From the NCBI GenBank assembly GCA_964016885.1, contig OZ024740.1:183582001-183646000 (forward strand): DNA of 64,000 bases, written 5' to 3'. Below are positions 39,721 to 55,252 of this stretch, piece after piece (the first letter of the stretch is position 1; the number at the start of each line of letters is the position of its first letter). The stretch is from Eledone cirrhosa (taxonomy: Eukaryota). A program made the translations under genes and the position numbers. Below the pieces are notes generated by a model. It had not been told where the DNA came from. It made no database searches and saw nothing but the letters and a program-made list of their open reading frames with translations.

Positions 39721-40817
39721 AGAATTTGCTTCATTTTTAGGGATGTTGTAGTAATTTATTCTCTATATCCGACCTATGCTCAAGTGTGCTCAGTATACAC
39801 AAATATACACACAAACATACACATATATCCTTTCGTACATGAGCCATTTCCTTCTGATGAGTTCAATGGGCTACTATCACGGCATATGGCACATTTAAGG
39901 CTTTTAAATCTGGCAGAAGTTATTCCTCTCCAAATATGACCACAGTCAGTTTCATTGAGAGAGAGAGAGAGAGAAAGAGAATCGATTTTGCTACTTGTCA
40001 TGTACATTATTTTTCAATACTCAAAATGCTGAAAGGCCTTGTCAGGATTTGATTTCAAAGCAAAAAGATCTGGAGCGAACACTGCAATGCATTTTTTACC
40101 AACACAACAATAATGAAGATTTCTTGAATTACAACATTCAATGAATCCTTGAAATGATGTGAAGTAAATCTGACTCTGGAGAGATTTGAACTCAGCATGT
40201 AGAATGATATAACTAAAATGTCCACATGGTATATTTTTATTCACCACACTAAACAGCAACAATAATATTAACATGAATATAATTAAAAAAATGATTCCCT
40301 CCCCCAACAGCAGACCTTTGAGTTTATATACATTCTTAGAAAAATTGATGCATAAATGATATGGAAAAAGAGTTTACCAATGATAATATACTATTTTCCA
40401 AACAGAATTAAATAAAACACATAAAAAATGCAAAAACAAAGCATCAACAAAAGATTACTTAAGACACAAAAACCTTTGAATAGATATTCAATGTAAATAT
40501 TTATTTAGTTTTTTGTTTTATGTGAGTTAAAGCTCTGTCTATTACATTTCAATAAATATTATTCCATGCAAGTAAATATACTTTGAAGAAGGTTAATACA
40601 ATTGCAAGACTTTTAGAATTGAGTTGAGTAACATACAATGTTGAAAGTAATTTATAGAATAAAACAATTAAATTAGGTGCAGGGTCAGAATGGAATGGGT
40701 ATAATGTATCAATGGCTACAATATAAGTTCTTGCAATTATATATATATAGGTTGTTACCCATTGCTATGCTGCCAGTAAAATACACACACAAACAACCAA
40801 AAAATAACTATATGTAT

Positions 40818-40876
<59 letters not shown>

Positions 40877-41367
40877 CAAACAAATGTCATGGCCTTTTTT
40901 GAAGTTTCTGTTGCATTGTCTATATTTTGGAGGACATTTAGAAACACAAAAATCTACTTTTTTTCCACACATGTTGATAAACATACACAAAAAGTTTGGC
41001 GTTTTTTTAATAAAATCTCTTTAGTAGGGTGCCAACACTCTATTTATTTCTCTCTCACTCACACACACAATCTCTCTCACTGTGTTTCTCTATCAATAAC
41101 AACAACAACCTGACATAGTGAAAGTCTACTTTTAAAGTTTGTTGGGTTGTCTATATGTTGGAGGGCATACAGAAATACATATACATATACAAACAACCAA
41201 AGAAGCTCTGTATTCATATATTGATTGAATATCTCAAATGGGCCAGAGGACTAAATATCAATTACATACAGTCATGCACTCTACCAAATACATTTTATCA
41301 AGTCACCACCAGTAGAGAAGTTGTTTTTTATCCATTCAACATTCTCTCTCTGAATATATATATATAT

Positions 41368-41568
41368 ATAGAAATGGCTTCTAAAGGACTAGAATTGTTT
41401 CATTCACTGGAAATCAGCAGGAAAAGCTTTTCTTGATGATTTCCTTCGAATGAAACAGTTCTAGTCCTGTAGAAGCCATTTCTATACTAAATGTTGTTGC
41501 ATACACTCTACTAATGTATTGAGTAACTTATTTACTGTGGTTACCCCCAATTGAACCCCTGGGACTCA
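41368..41568. mobile_element. Short diverged fold-back of HHR family C
   Basis: Centre aaaagctttt at ~41422-41431; right arm ttgatga tttc..gaat gaaacagttctagtcctgta gaagc; tail gtattgagta.ctta.ttactgtggttacc as at 11894-11925. Confidence 0.82.
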
Positions 41569-41738
41569 TATATATGTAGGCAAACCTACAGTAATTTCAT
41601 GTTACACTCCTTGGATATATATATGTTGAAGCGAATAACTATGTGTATACTCTGGGAATGTATCTTACATTGCCTATGGAGTACGCTGAGATACAACCAG
41701 TCCTGGCATTGATAAATATGCTTGGTCCATCAACTGCT

Positions 41739-41772
<34 letters not shown>

Positions 41773-42283
41773 TCATTTAAGATCCACTATACTGATGTGG
41801 GGCCACTGATATTCCAGACAGGCTGGGGGTTTGTATCTCGCTTACATATTGTTCCATGATCTGAAGGAGTGAATTTTACCATGACACCAGCATTAGAGAG
41901 ATTGTCATGTCTTTGACATACCTCTAGGTATATATAGCAATTTATTTATGTATTTATCTTTAAATGTATGGCCAGTATTTCATTTCAGTGTTCTTTCAAC
42001 TTATCCATTTTTATCTTTTATCTATGCTTTGATACATCATTATTCTAAACATGAATTTATTGTCATATATATATATATTGAGCACCTGCTAATGTGCTTA
42101 AAAAATAAAGAAATATTTTCATTATATTTTTGCAAAATATTTATTTCAATTATCAAAGTATGTCTTCACATGTGTATATGTATGGATGTTATATGTATGT
42201 TGTATACATGTATATGGTGTACAGAAAGGAAAAAGATATTACATCACAAATATTTTATTGAAAAGTCAGACTGAACTTTATTT

Positions 42284-42323
<40 letters not shown>

Positions 42324-44539
42324 GGTGTGTGTGTGTGTGTGTGTGTTCATGTGTGCGTATATTTGTGTGTATGTGTGCCTCTGTATGTTTGTATGTTTGT
42401 GCTGAACATATGTAAATTTATAACAGGAAATAAGAAATAAAAAGAATAGCAGATATATTATGAAAATCTTTAGGATTAAACTAATTTATAAACATTCTCT
42501 ACTTATATAAATGTCTGCAAATAGTTTTGATCTGAAATTATGTGACAAAACATATATTGTTCTATATTCTAAACTATCATAATGTCCCTTTATTAAACAA
42601 ATGCATACACGGACAGACAGGCAGGCATGCTAATAAATATCTAATATGGCATGCTCAACAGAGAATAATAAATTCAATAAAGACAATATTTTGATAAATT
42701 GCTCTGTATATTGAAAGTAAAGGTTCAAATATATATACATTTAATATGTAAATTTCAATTAATTTGAATTTCTTTTGTATAAGAAATAATTTGAAACATA
42801 TCTCAAGACTTTATATGAATAGGAAACTTTAGAAGGTTTGTTATATGTGCAAATATGTTTAGATTAAGTATTTAATCTAACTCCGAATATTATTCAGAAA
42901 TTTGTTAATTTTTTTTAACTTTCATTACCTATTAATTTTATATAAATATGTCAAATAGATAGCCTCACTTCAGTTGTGTGATCTGTCAGAAATAGCAGCT
43001 AAATCTCTCTCAAATCACAGCTTAACATCTTAAAAAGGGAACAACATAATGGATTATATAATCCTGGATGTACTATTTCAAAAGAAAAGATGTATTTACG
43101 CAATCAGTGCTGGTTTGGTGCTAAACAACAGTAATAACACTACCGTCTTCAGTATTCCCAACAACAGATAAAAATATGAACTAATGTGTGAACTATTATG
43201 GAGTTGCTTGATCTGATTAGGATAGTAGCAAAATTTGAGGGATGAGATCAAGAATCCTATGTATTATTAAATAACCACAAAGCTGGCTGGTTTACTTCTT
43301 ATTCACAACTGCCAAAAAGCCCACATGGGCCCAATATCACAGAGAGCCTAAATATATACGGGTATAAGTTTATATATTTATTTAGTACTATTTTAGTTAC
43401 ATTCTCCAAGATTTACCTTGTATTGGTGCAGGCAAGGTTTATTTTTTATGACAAACTGATGGATTTATCAGTGGGTGGTGGTGGTGGTGGTGAATGCTCT
43501 TGGCCACACCTCATCAAACCAAGCCTCTCCATCTATGAACAGATCTTCTTTTTTTTCTCTCACTCTCTCTTTTCCCGATAATGTGCATACACACACACAC
43601 ACACACACATACACATACCAGTATGTCTGTGTACATAAGTGTGTCTATGTTATATGAGGGGCTGATTAAACCTGAACTCTCCAAGAGTTCCCAAGGTCTA
43701 AATCTGGTCCTTAATCCACCCTCAGTGTTGACCAATGTAGATATATAAGTGAATAGAGGATGGCATGACAGTCATCATAGACAGACTCAGAATGTTAATA
43801 GATGGAATGAGTATAACAAAGAGAAGGCGTTTTCTCCAATACAACAGTTCCGCTAATTCTCTGTTCAAGTCTAGTTCATTGTTTTATTAAGGCAAATGTA
43901 ACATCAGTGGGATTTGAACTCAGAAGTTAAAATCTAGAACAAATACTGTAGAATGAAAATACCCCAAAAAATATCAAGATATTAAAAGCCCAAACAAATA
44001 CTCTCTAATACCTCTGACAATTCAATACTTTGGATTGGTATTTCATAAGAATCACTAAAAATTCTAGAGGAATAATATTTTAATGAGGGATGAAAATCTC
44101 AGAGAAGAGGCTTGTCTTTTCCTGGAATAGTGAACACCATTTGTTATGAGCTTGGCATGAAATGAGTTGAAGTTGAAGTATTTGGAAATAAAAGGGATTA
44201 GGATCTTATTTGTAAACATATTTAATTCATGGATAATTGTATTGTATTTCTCAGAAGATATGTTGTCGATGTGTTCCAATTAATTTTTAATATAATTAGA
44301 ATTTAGAAGGGTTTAATAAAATTTTTTTAAATATCCATTATTATTCTGTTGTTTAGAAGATGACTTAGTGGCATTTTCAAACAACTTAATATCAAATGGG
44401 GTAAATATAGAGAGTATAATATGAGCATTTTGAAATGAATAAATGAGTGGAGTAAGAGAAGTGTATACATAATGGAAGTCTTCTTGTCATATGATATATG
44501 CACAAAGGTTGAAGAGACACATCAAGATTGTTGAGCCAG

Positions 44540-46200
44540 ACTCAGAGATCATTTATAGTATTATGGCTAGCCTCAATGGAAAATGTCCGAGGGGGCAAAA
44601 CCGAACAACATGTGGCACTGTCTGGTCAGGTTTCCCATAGTCACATGCTTAGCTGTCTTTCATTTTCCCTCGATGGAGATGATGGACTGTCCTGAAATGT
44701 GTTGTGTGGGTCTAATCAAGGGACACTCATTACTTTCTAGGAAGGTCAAAGCAAGCTGGTTTAGATGTGGGGTCCTGAATGAGGTCTTGGTTGGCAAATG
44801 TGGATTCATTCCATAATCTTTGGCATTCTTCCTTCAGATAAAAAATATTGTTTAGGATGGTTTTCATAGTTACCATGCACTTGATGATACAACAGGCCTT
44901 CAGAAAGAGGTTGCATCTCAATACAGTATCATATGCAGAAGATAAGTTGATGAGAGTAGTCCTTGTCTTGAGACTACATTAGTAGCCAGCCACAATCAAG
45001 GTATTTAGGGCAAGGACTTGATCATTGCAACTCGTTTGTGGTCTGAAGCCTGCTTTAACCCTAGGCAAGGTTAGTTCTACTAGAGGGCCACGCCTAACCA
45101 AGAGGAGCTGTTCAAGTAGCTTGTAAGAAGTACAGAGGAGAGAGATTGGCTGGAAGCTTGCAGGATTGTCTGCAGGTTTTCTGGGTTTCAGGATGGCGAT
45201 GAACTTGGATTTTCTCCTGTTGAGTGGATGATTGTGAAGAGAGAAGCCAGTTAGTCTCAGGCATTTGGACCAAGTTCCTTAAGTAATTCAGGATAGATAC
45301 CATCAATTCCTGCTGCCTTACATGCTTTGTTGGGTGAAAGGTCAGAATCTACCTCACTTATGGTGTAAGGGCTAGCAAATGGGGTACTCTTTGGTGAAGA
45401 TGAGTAGTGTGCTGAGAAATTCTTATGGACTTCTTGGTGTGCCTTCTTGGTGGAAGGTACCTCGAAGTTGAGAAGTAGGCATAAAGCAACTGCATTAGCA
45501 GTTACTTTTGGTGGCTGGTGCTGGATAGGAAATGCTGTACCAAGTTACCTAAAGAGATTCGATGCTTCCATGGTTTCCAGCCAGCATGTCTGCCTAACTG
45601 ACTCAAGAGAGTCTAAGAGATTCGTAGCAATGTCTGGATCACCTGAGGTTTCAAAGCTCTTGAGAAGCTCTTCAGATTCTGTGAGTCAGCACGAAGTGTA
45701 AGATTGACAGAAACCTTTCATGGCAACTTCCTTCAGAATCTTATGTATGTGGCAACATCATATTTTGTGTGGGTTGCTGCAGCAATGAGCTTGTACCCAT
45801 AGAATTGAAGCTTAGAGAAGCTCTTGACATCACCAATATGGGTTTCCTGTACACATCAAATTCAAGATCTTTCACTGTTTTAGCGAGTTAGTTGCATTTC
45901 ACCTTTGACATACCTTCTGCAGTGATTTGTAGGATATGAAAAGGTTTCTTGATGAGTCAGGAAGGTTAGTCCTTAGAAGGGCCATTGGGGTGATGATTGA
46001 AAAGGATTTTGACAAGAGAACAAGTTGATTGTACATCTCCCTCTCAATAATGGAGGTAAAAGTATAGTCCTCTACTGTTGTATAACTCCTGGTTAGATCT
46101 GAATAAGCAAACCTGATATGAAATGTTTGCGTATTTACATCTGACCAGGAGTTATAAAACAATAGAGAGCTACCTTTACCTCCATGACATATAAGCAGCC
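44540..46200 (-). mobile_element. Highly decayed non-LTR retrotransposon RT region
   Basis: Manual translation ..AGFRPQTSCNDQVLAL..TTLINLSSAYDTV; many stops. Confidence 0.65.
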
Positions 46201-49200
46201 CTAAAATGAAATGTGTGAAGCCACATGGCCTAATGATTAGGATGTTGGACTAATCATTAGGCCATGTGGCTTCACACATTTCATTATTGAGAGGGAGATG
46301 TACGATCAACTTGTTTTCTTGTCAAAATCCTTTTGAGTCATCACCCAATGGCCCTTCTAAGGACTAACCTTCATTGGTTCTATTTCTGGACAGAGTGCTA
46401 CATTGTTTTCTTGAGCAAAACCGTTTATTTCATTTTGCTCCATTACAGCCAGCTGAGAGTGAGTACAAGCAATAGCTGGGAGTTAATCCTGTGATGGACC
46501 ACTGTTCTATACAGGAAGAATTGCTTAACACAAAGGAGACTGGGAATAAACATCAGCCTAATGAGCCCTCAGTTTAGAACAGACTTTAACTTTTTAATAT
46601 GATATGTATAACAGCCATATGTATCCCAGGCACAGGGACGTATGGATCAAGAGTTCACTTTGAAACTATATGGCTTTATGTTCAGTCACCCTGTGTAACA
46701 CCTTGGGCAAGTGGCCTCTAAAATAGTTCTGGGCTAATCAATGCATAGAAAGGCATCATGCTATTGAAAATCTCTCTTAAATATTTCAACCAATGCATGA
46801 AGCATTGAAAATTGATGCAAAATAGATGTTTTCAGAATTACAGTAATTCTGAAAACATCTATTTTTCAATGAGTTATTTTATCTTTTTAGACAGTAAGGT
46901 ATCATTTGATAAAAATTTCTCAGCTCTTACTTGCAGGTTATGTGATTTTGTAAAGGTTTCATCTTTAATTGAATGACAGTGCATTTAATAGCTATGGTCA
47001 TAGTGACTAATGGCAAATTTTAGTTTTAGGAGAACTAAAGATCTCAAGACATTTTGTGTTGGAACAAAAACATATAACTTCAATGTAGTAAGGAGTAATG
47101 TTTGTTCTTTGAATGAAAGGTCTTTATATTTTCTATATCTTTCCATAAATGTAATTGGAGATAAAACAAGATTAATGATGAATCTATGCTGATGTTCTAT
47201 TTGAATCATAATTAATGCCTTGCAAAGTTTGAGTTAATTAAACATTTCCACAGCTATTGTTTGTCAGTACAAAATGTGTAAAGGTCTAATTGTTCTGTCT
47301 AATTCAAATGTAATAAGCAGTTATTATAATGAGGTTTGCTGTGGATGAAGTGGTGTTAGAAAAGTAACAAATTAAATTTAAACAGAGATTTTTATTGGAG
47401 ATAACAGATCTTCAAAATAATGATTCAAATAAAGAATGATGGCTACAGTCAGATATGTATTTTAGAGCACCTAGCAGGGGTAGTATATAAAATGTAGTGA
47501 ATGCTTTAACTTTTCAATTGGTTGAGTCAAGATAAGTGGATATTAGGAAAACCAAATACTACATTTAAAGAATAGAAACACAAGCAGATGTCTTAAAAAA
47601 AAGTATTTGTGTGAAATATTTCATGATACTTGCCAAAATTACAATAGATTTAGAAACTTGAAATCACTTACAAAACATAAAAAATATGAAGAATTTTTAT
47701 CAAAGTAGCTGCAAATGTTTATCTATGATTCTGCTGTAAGCCAATCAGAAAGGAACAATAGGTGAATATTTGTAACACCAGACAAAATATTGCAAGTTTA
47801 TTCAAAGTATATAATTAAAATAGTTGAGAGAAGATGAGTTGATAGTGTGATACATATTCAAGTCTGTAGGTAGATGCGTGCTCCATTTCTATTGAGGAAA
47901 TAGAAATGGTCAGTTAAGTTTAAACAAAAATTTATATAAGATGGCATAGATAATTAAAAAGAAACAAAACAAAAATAGAAAGTATAGAATTCTGGCCTAA
48001 AGCTGAACTTATTTCTGTTTTCGTTCCATCAACAACTTTTGATTACCTCATCAGAATAAATATATTAGTAAAGTTAGAATTTATTTAAATTTAAAACCTT
48101 TTAGTTTTGTCAAGGCCTATAAGAGATGGTACACTAGTCCAACACCTGGGGAAGCTGCCCTCATCCTTGCAACCTGTAAGAAGTCTTATTCTACTTTTCA
48201 AAATATGTCTGAGAAGCTGTCAGTGGGCAGGAACTTTTCTAAAACAGACATTTGTTTTAATCAGAAAATATGCAATATTTCATTGAAGTTCCTTGGGGGT
48301 GAGGTATCATTCAGAGATATTTTCCTGATCATCTTCAGAACTTAATATGGAATGATCTCTTTGCTCCTCCGGACTTCAGATTCAAAATTACAAGTTGAAG
48401 CCCCATATATATCATCTTGAAATCAATCATCAAGATGAACCGAGGCCTCAAAGATATGGATCTGCATGCTGCAATGTTTGACGAAGGACGCTGGAGCTCA
48501 AACTTGAATATGCCTCATCACTCATTCACGGCATCGGATGACTCAAAAAGAAAAATATTTCAGCTCAATTTATTTGTAATTAACATATTAAGAAGCCTTT
48601 GGTGATGTTGCAGTGGTTTAGTGTATTAAAGGTCATAACTATTAGTGTGTAGTATAAAAATATTCCATATACATATCTTAGAAATTTCAGTGAAGCTGAA
48701 ATAAAAATCAATCTATTTGAACTTCATGAATTGGATAAGGGAGTTAGACTCCTAGAGACATAATTAACCTTGATTACTTCAGAAATAAAATTACACGAAA
48801 ATATTTGTAAAAGAAAATGGAAATTTACTATAAAAAATTCAAAATATAAGTTGAAGATAAATAAATAGATTTTTTAAATTGAAAAAAAAAAAAAAAGAGA
48901 ATGTATTTGATAAAGAATTACTTCAATTAAAAATGTTAGAAAAAATTAGGTCATAAATTCTGTGTATATTTATTGTGTAAATCAAATAATTCCATACGAC
49001 ATATCTAAAAATTAAAATACAGGTTTTAATTTTCTGCTTTACAGAGACATCAATAAAGAATAAATTGAGATAAATAGAGATAATGGTATTTGGATTATTC
49101 TATGCAGCTATGAAGGATTTCATTATAAAGTTTATAAAATTTAGACATTTCATGTAAATTTGAAATATAAAACACAAAGCTGAGAATAAATATGAAATAT

Positions 49201-50677
49201 TTGCAATAAAAGAAAGGATTTTCTTTTCCTTTTTACATGTTGAATTTATTTTACTGAAAATTTTCTTTAATTTGACAGCTTAATCAATTCTTTGAGATTA
49301 TAGACTGGAAATGTCTACACTATTATATCTTTTGAACAGTATATTAATCTAACACTTTTATTAAAGATGGTGGTTTATTGTTTTTGAGATGTTTGGAAAA
49401 GGCATCAAAATGTATTTGTTTTATTTCCTCTGTGTCTTTTATTTTAATGAAATATTGAAAATTTTGTAGAAAACAAATAATTTCTTTATTAAGATGCTGT
49501 TTTATAAACTATCATCAAAGACATTTGTTGAAGATATATATAATTTTAGTATGGGTAACAATGAGAAATACAGAAATAAAATGTTTTCTAAGAATATCAG
49601 TAAAATTAATTTGTAATAATTCAAGAATTACACATATACATTTTCAACCAAAACAATAAAAAGAACAATGCCAATTGTAAATACTAGTGATGAGAAATAT
49701 TCATTATAGGCTTCAGAATATATAAAAAATACATATATTGCTAAAACAAGAGTCAGTCAGATCTATATATCAGCTATCAGTTTTTGTTTCAACAAAGATT
49801 TAAATAAAAGTAGTTGTTCAGGCCCAGGTCAGCCCCATTCAAGTGGAGCTATAACTAAAGACACTTCATCTAACCCATGCGAGCATGTAAAAAGGGATGT
49901 AAAATAGTGATGATGATGATGATGATGATGACTTCCATCTTACTTTGTTTGTTTTTATTATCAGTATTTTCAGATACAATGCATCTAGTATGTCTTTCAT
50001 ATTTTAACATAGTAGGTTATAATTAGAGGGACATTCATTTTCTCTTTCTAAGAAGTTGAACAACCACATAGGAATTCTTTCATTTGATCACAGTAAATAT
50101 TTGTGTTATTGGGAAATTGATTTGAATGAGCCAGTAAAATGTGTTCACCCATAAGAATCACCACAGTATTATTTGAGGTTGATCTAGCTTGTAGTTCATC
50201 ATTTCTTCTATATTGATACTAAATTAAAGTTTCAATTTCATAGGAAATTGATGATGGACTAAGAAGACACACCAAGTGAGGGATTGTCTGATAGATATCT
50301 CAGAATCATCACTCAAATGGATATTGATAGAATCATTAATTAGTGAATATGCATTTAAAACCATTTTACACGAGCTAACATCCTTTCAGGAATTCCATTT
50401 GATTCTAAATGATATGGAGATGACATAAGTTTATATCAAGCCATGTACACAAACCATTATCATTAGATTTGAAGCATTGTAACAATATTATTTGCAAGCA
50501 CAGTTCTTAATACTTGCTTAAGTGTTTCTACTTCCTTATTGTCAACTGTTATTGCTTCTGGTCAGCGATATGCATCAAGGAATATTAGGAACCATCTATA
50601 ATGCTTGACCGAAGCATGATCTATATGCCGGTATATATGCACTGAGATAGGTAAATCCAGGTGTATTATATCACATA

Positions 50678-51458
50678 CTAGCAGTAAAGCCCGGCGTTGC
50701 TCGGGGTCGCTCAGTAGCTGTGTTAAAGTTACAATGTTAAGTTTCTTTTTTGGCTTAAAAACTGTAGTGTCTACTGTGCAGACTTGCATGTGGTGTTTTT
50801 GATTAATATTCCCTCAACCAACAATATGCCTTATGAAGTTAAGAAAACATAACGATAACCCGAATGTTATAACAAAAGAGGATTCTGGGGATAAAAACTG
50901 CACTGGTTATTTATTAACAAAGATCGAAAATGTAAACACTGCAACGCAGAGAAAAACATTAGCGTAACCAAATTATCAGTTATGTCTGTCTGCACGCCTA
51001 TATCACCTCTCTGCACGACTATCTGTCTGCACGCCTGAAATATTTGCTTGTTTTACGTAGTCTTTAAATAGACTTGTTTTCAAGTAAAAATATTGTTTTA
51101 AAATGCTTTTAAATGGAAATGAAGCAAAACGGAAGCTTAGTGTTCGAACTGATGAATTTTGCAGGTCAATATTTTGCTGGCTCGAACGCTGAGAAAGCCA
51201 GCGTAATTTTTTACGTAAGACGCTCAATGTAAACAGAACAAAGGGAAACAACTGATAACTTACGCTCAAAAATCGATACATTATATTCGATTTCGTCACA
51301 TAGGGTGGGTCAATTTGAAATTTCTTTTTTCCGATGTCTTCGCTAGGGCTCAATGTACAAGTCTAGCAATTTCGGTGCAATTCCGTGAGAGATTCTAAGA
51401 GGAGATGTGTGCCAAAAATCGATAGACAGACAGACAACCACAGTTTTATATATATAGA
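50678..51458 (-). mobile_element. Non-autonomous Helitron
   Basis: Minus strand begins TCTATATATATAAAA and ends with hairpin CCCGAGCAACGCCGGG then CTAG; inserted between A and T with no TSD. Confidence 0.8.
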
Positions 51459-51899
51459 TCAGACATTTTGTTGATATTGTATCACATTCACACAACGACA
51501 TTCCCACCAGGCTTCTAATTTCATCCAATTCCTTGTTGGATTTATGTCACACCATGATGCATAGTTTTTATCCTTAATTTTCTCAAAGACTTTGGTTAAA
51601 CAAAATTCTCCATTACACGATATAACATCTTCTGCTCTTAACCATCTCAGACCTGGGCCACTGTGACTACACCTTCCACCTGGGCTCCTTAGCCAAAAAA
51701 AAAAAAAATAGTTACATACTGAGTTCAAGATTAAAGATTGCAGGCAAACTAATAAATAGAATCGACACAAAGTACAGTAGATTTTTCAACCCACTCTTCA
51801 TCTAGATATACCTAATCTCCACCACCCCTATCAGTTTCAGCTGTGTGAGGGCTACACCGAAAGTAGCGATTTGGGTGAAGAATTTCGGTGTAGCCCTCA

Positions 51900-52150
51900 C
51901 ACATTCTTGAGGCTTGAGGTGCCATTGAAAGTTATCTGAAGTGTGGAAATTTAGCCTTCCAGACAACATGAAAAGGAGCCTCTTTCAAGCAACTTTTACT
52001 TCTGTTCTATTGTATGGCTACTCAACATGGACCCTTACCTCAAAACTGGAAAGAAAATTAGAAGGAGCCTACACTCGCATGCTAAGTGTGGCTTTGAGTA
52101 TCACTTGGAGGGATTGTCTGATAAATTAGCGACTGTATGGGAATGTTTGT
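51900..52150 (+). mobile_element. RTE-like LINE C-terminal fragment
   Basis: LFQATFTSVLLYGYSTWTLT..LEGAYTRML. Confidence 0.7.
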
Positions 52151-52599
52151 CCTGTATAAAATCAAATCAAAGAACATAGAGTCAAATTTACACAGCATTG
52201 CTGGAGTACTAAAGGCAAAATTGTTAATGAAGTTCTTTTGTGGTAGCTTACTCAAGGAAGAGTTAACAGAGGATGACATAAATTGCAATCCCTTTGACCT
52301 GCCTAATATGATGAACACATGTGTTGGATGGTGATGGAGTCAAGGGAATCCATGCAAGCAGTGCTACCAATTGTAGTAGTTTACTTCAGTTGTGGTTAAT
52401 ATTTTTGATAGGTATAGAACAAGATGGCTATCTTGTGAATGTATCCTTGATAAAGCCTTTCACTTGCATCAATTATTAATGTTACTTCATTCACAATATC
52501 ATAAATCGAGACCAGTAACTTTGAAACTAATGTGAGATTTATATGCTCAACTGCATTGTTGTTGAACATTCAATGAAAATGAGATACCATGTTTATGGA

Positions 52600-54200
52600 G
52601 TGATAATATGTAGTCTGAATAATAATCAATAAATCTTTCATAGAGATTAACAAATCTGAGAAAAGATTATAATTGCTCCTTGTTCCTTGGCAGTTTTACA
52701 TCCAGAAATCTCACTAGTAGGGTGATATCTCCTACGAACAATAATTCATCAGTCTCTAACACATATTTAGTTTCACTGATCACCATGCCTGATAATTCCA
52801 AACTTTTTATGATTGTATCTACCTTGATATGCAGATTTTCAGTGGCTTTAGCACCAATACATATATCATCTTGATAAGTAATACCATTATTTCCAACATT
52901 TTCAATAGCTCTCTGAAACATAGCCCTTTCTGTTTTAATTTTACACTGAAGGCATGCCCATCTTAAAAGATTCATTTGTGTATATGTCATAGCAAAATCT
53001 ATTGTATCAGAATACATTTATATATGACATATGATAACTTTATAGAAAATTAATCAAAATAATTCATGCCAGAAACAGAATGGAATATCTAGATAAAAAG
53101 CTGAAAAAAAAAAAAAAATATTATTGATACAATCTTTATAATCTCCATATATTCTGAAATCTCCAAAGGAGAAGTATACTTACACTTGCCATGGGGAACT
53201 TCTAAAGGATATTTGCTAATTGGTTTCCACAATTTTTCTATGACGAATTTGAGCATTTGGTCAGGTTAGGCTTTTGCCTGCTACTGGTACCATGTAACGC
53301 AGTACAATCTGCTTCATGATGGTGTGCTCAGCAACTAAACAATCTCCCCAACAAGACCTTGTTGAATTCTAGTAGCACAAAAAACAAGAGCTGTTAAAGA
53401 GTGGATTAATTCCTCCATCAACAGCCAGCCATCCCAACTATCAGTTAAATAGTCTCACCAACCCATAATTGGCAAAGTATGGTGAATACTGCTACACCCC
53501 TGACATGACCAAAACCAAACAGAAAGCCATGTAGGTCAACCATGAGTGAAAAGGTCCTGGATTGAATTAGATTCAATTTGAATATTAGTCATGGTCTCCC
53601 ACGAAAATAACATTCTCGAATTTCTTTTGAGACAAATGTTAGCCCTGAAAGCTCTTAATCTTCCAAATTGTCCTGAAGCTTCAATATAATGTATTAATGT
53701 TGATCTATCAATATTCATCACGTTCATACCAAGCAAGTTATGATTTTCGTTGTTTTTTAATTAAGCAACACTAACATTTCTCTATTCTTTAACCAGTTTC
53801 CATTAATGCATCAAATTTCCCCAATATTTTCAATGCATGATCCATAAAATTGTTTTACACTTTCTTGATTTCGGTTTATTCAAATCCATCTGGAAATTCT
53901 TAGGTATTACCTCGGTGCCAATGTTAATTTGCATCTTAACAGTAACATTATTGATTTTCACAGCAATTATTGTGTTATTTTTCAGGCCAATTTCATAAAT
54001 ACTTGCCAAATCTTCATTTTCAATTCCTTTGAATTCCTTAACCTCTTTATTTCTTTATAGATTTTGCCATAAATGATTATCATTTCCACATTTAATACAA
54101 TTTTTACCAAATTGAAGACATATTCATGGTGAATATTTATACCCACAAAAGTGACGTTTATATTAAAGTTTTAATATATCTTTATCAACATGAAACACAG
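52600..54200 (-). pseudogene. Decayed Ty3/gypsy-like gag-pol remnant
   Basis: AMFQRAIEN..ITYQDDICIGA (YxDD), FRIYGDYK..IN, protease-like VKINNVTVKMQINIG, knuckle-like CIKCGNDNH. Confidence 0.72.
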
Positions 54201-55252
54201 AGAGGTAGAAGATGAATAAGATAGTTGAATAACATCCATGAGATCAGCTGGCCTGACTTGGGGATCTTGTTGGATCAATTAGAGACAGTTGTTTCTGACA
54301 GGATCCGCTAGTAGGAGTATTGGTGAACCCATAGCCCTCACAGGAATAAGTGGGCGAAGAAGAAGGATTTAAAATACACATAGTAAAGAAAATGGAAAGC
54401 AAGCTTAGCTATGATCTACATGTGTAGTTTAGTACTGTTAAAATAATTAATATATATTAATTCACATTGAACCACTATTTTCCGATAGTTGACAGTAGAT
54501 TTGTATTTTCAAATAGAAGCGGTTTCTTTCATGTCAAGTATTCTCTTCTTTTTTTTTATGATGAAGGTGATGTCGATATTACAACATTTCCCCAGTTATT
54601 TTCCGACATTTCTGTTACACACATACATACATCGATCTATGTATATAAAAAATAGGTTTGGTCACCAAAATACCCTGTGGTGTATATTTTGTTTGAGATA
54701 ATATCTCTTTAGACCATGGAGAACTCAACAAATTAATATATTATTTTAAGGTCCCATAACTCCTAGCAAAGTCGTAGGTGTGCCATATTGGCATACAGCC
54801 TTTCTAGATAATTTTTTAAACATGGCAGAGCCCATCCACTCTCTTGTTCTAAATATAACAGATTTCTTCCATAGAAGGATAGAGAATGAGAAAAAGGAAA
54901 TGAGTAAGAGATATAAAGCAAGAATGGGCTCCATGTATTAGATTAGAATTTTTTCATCAACCTCGAATGGATGAAAGGCAAAATTGACATTGAAAGGATT
55001 TGAACTGAGAAAGTAGGGAGCCAAAACAAATGTCACAGAGCATTCTATATGATTTTCTAACAACTCTACCAATTCATTACTTACAATTAATATATAGTTA
55101 TACATAAAATAAGCACTAGTCAAAGTGTTAGTGGAAGGATAAATATATATATTCTTTTAGGTGATAACCTAGCATGGCCACAATCTAAAGACTGCAACAA
55201 ATAAATAGTACAGAGAATACATGTGTGTGTGTGTATATATATATATATATAA

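Noticed and set aside
39845-39885. ctgatgag followed by a small hairpin
   Set aside because: No GAAA after stem II, so not a hammerhead.
48100-48605. Higher-complexity island that could be a host exon
   Set aside because: No recognisable protein motif in the frames translated, and splice sites could not be assigned.
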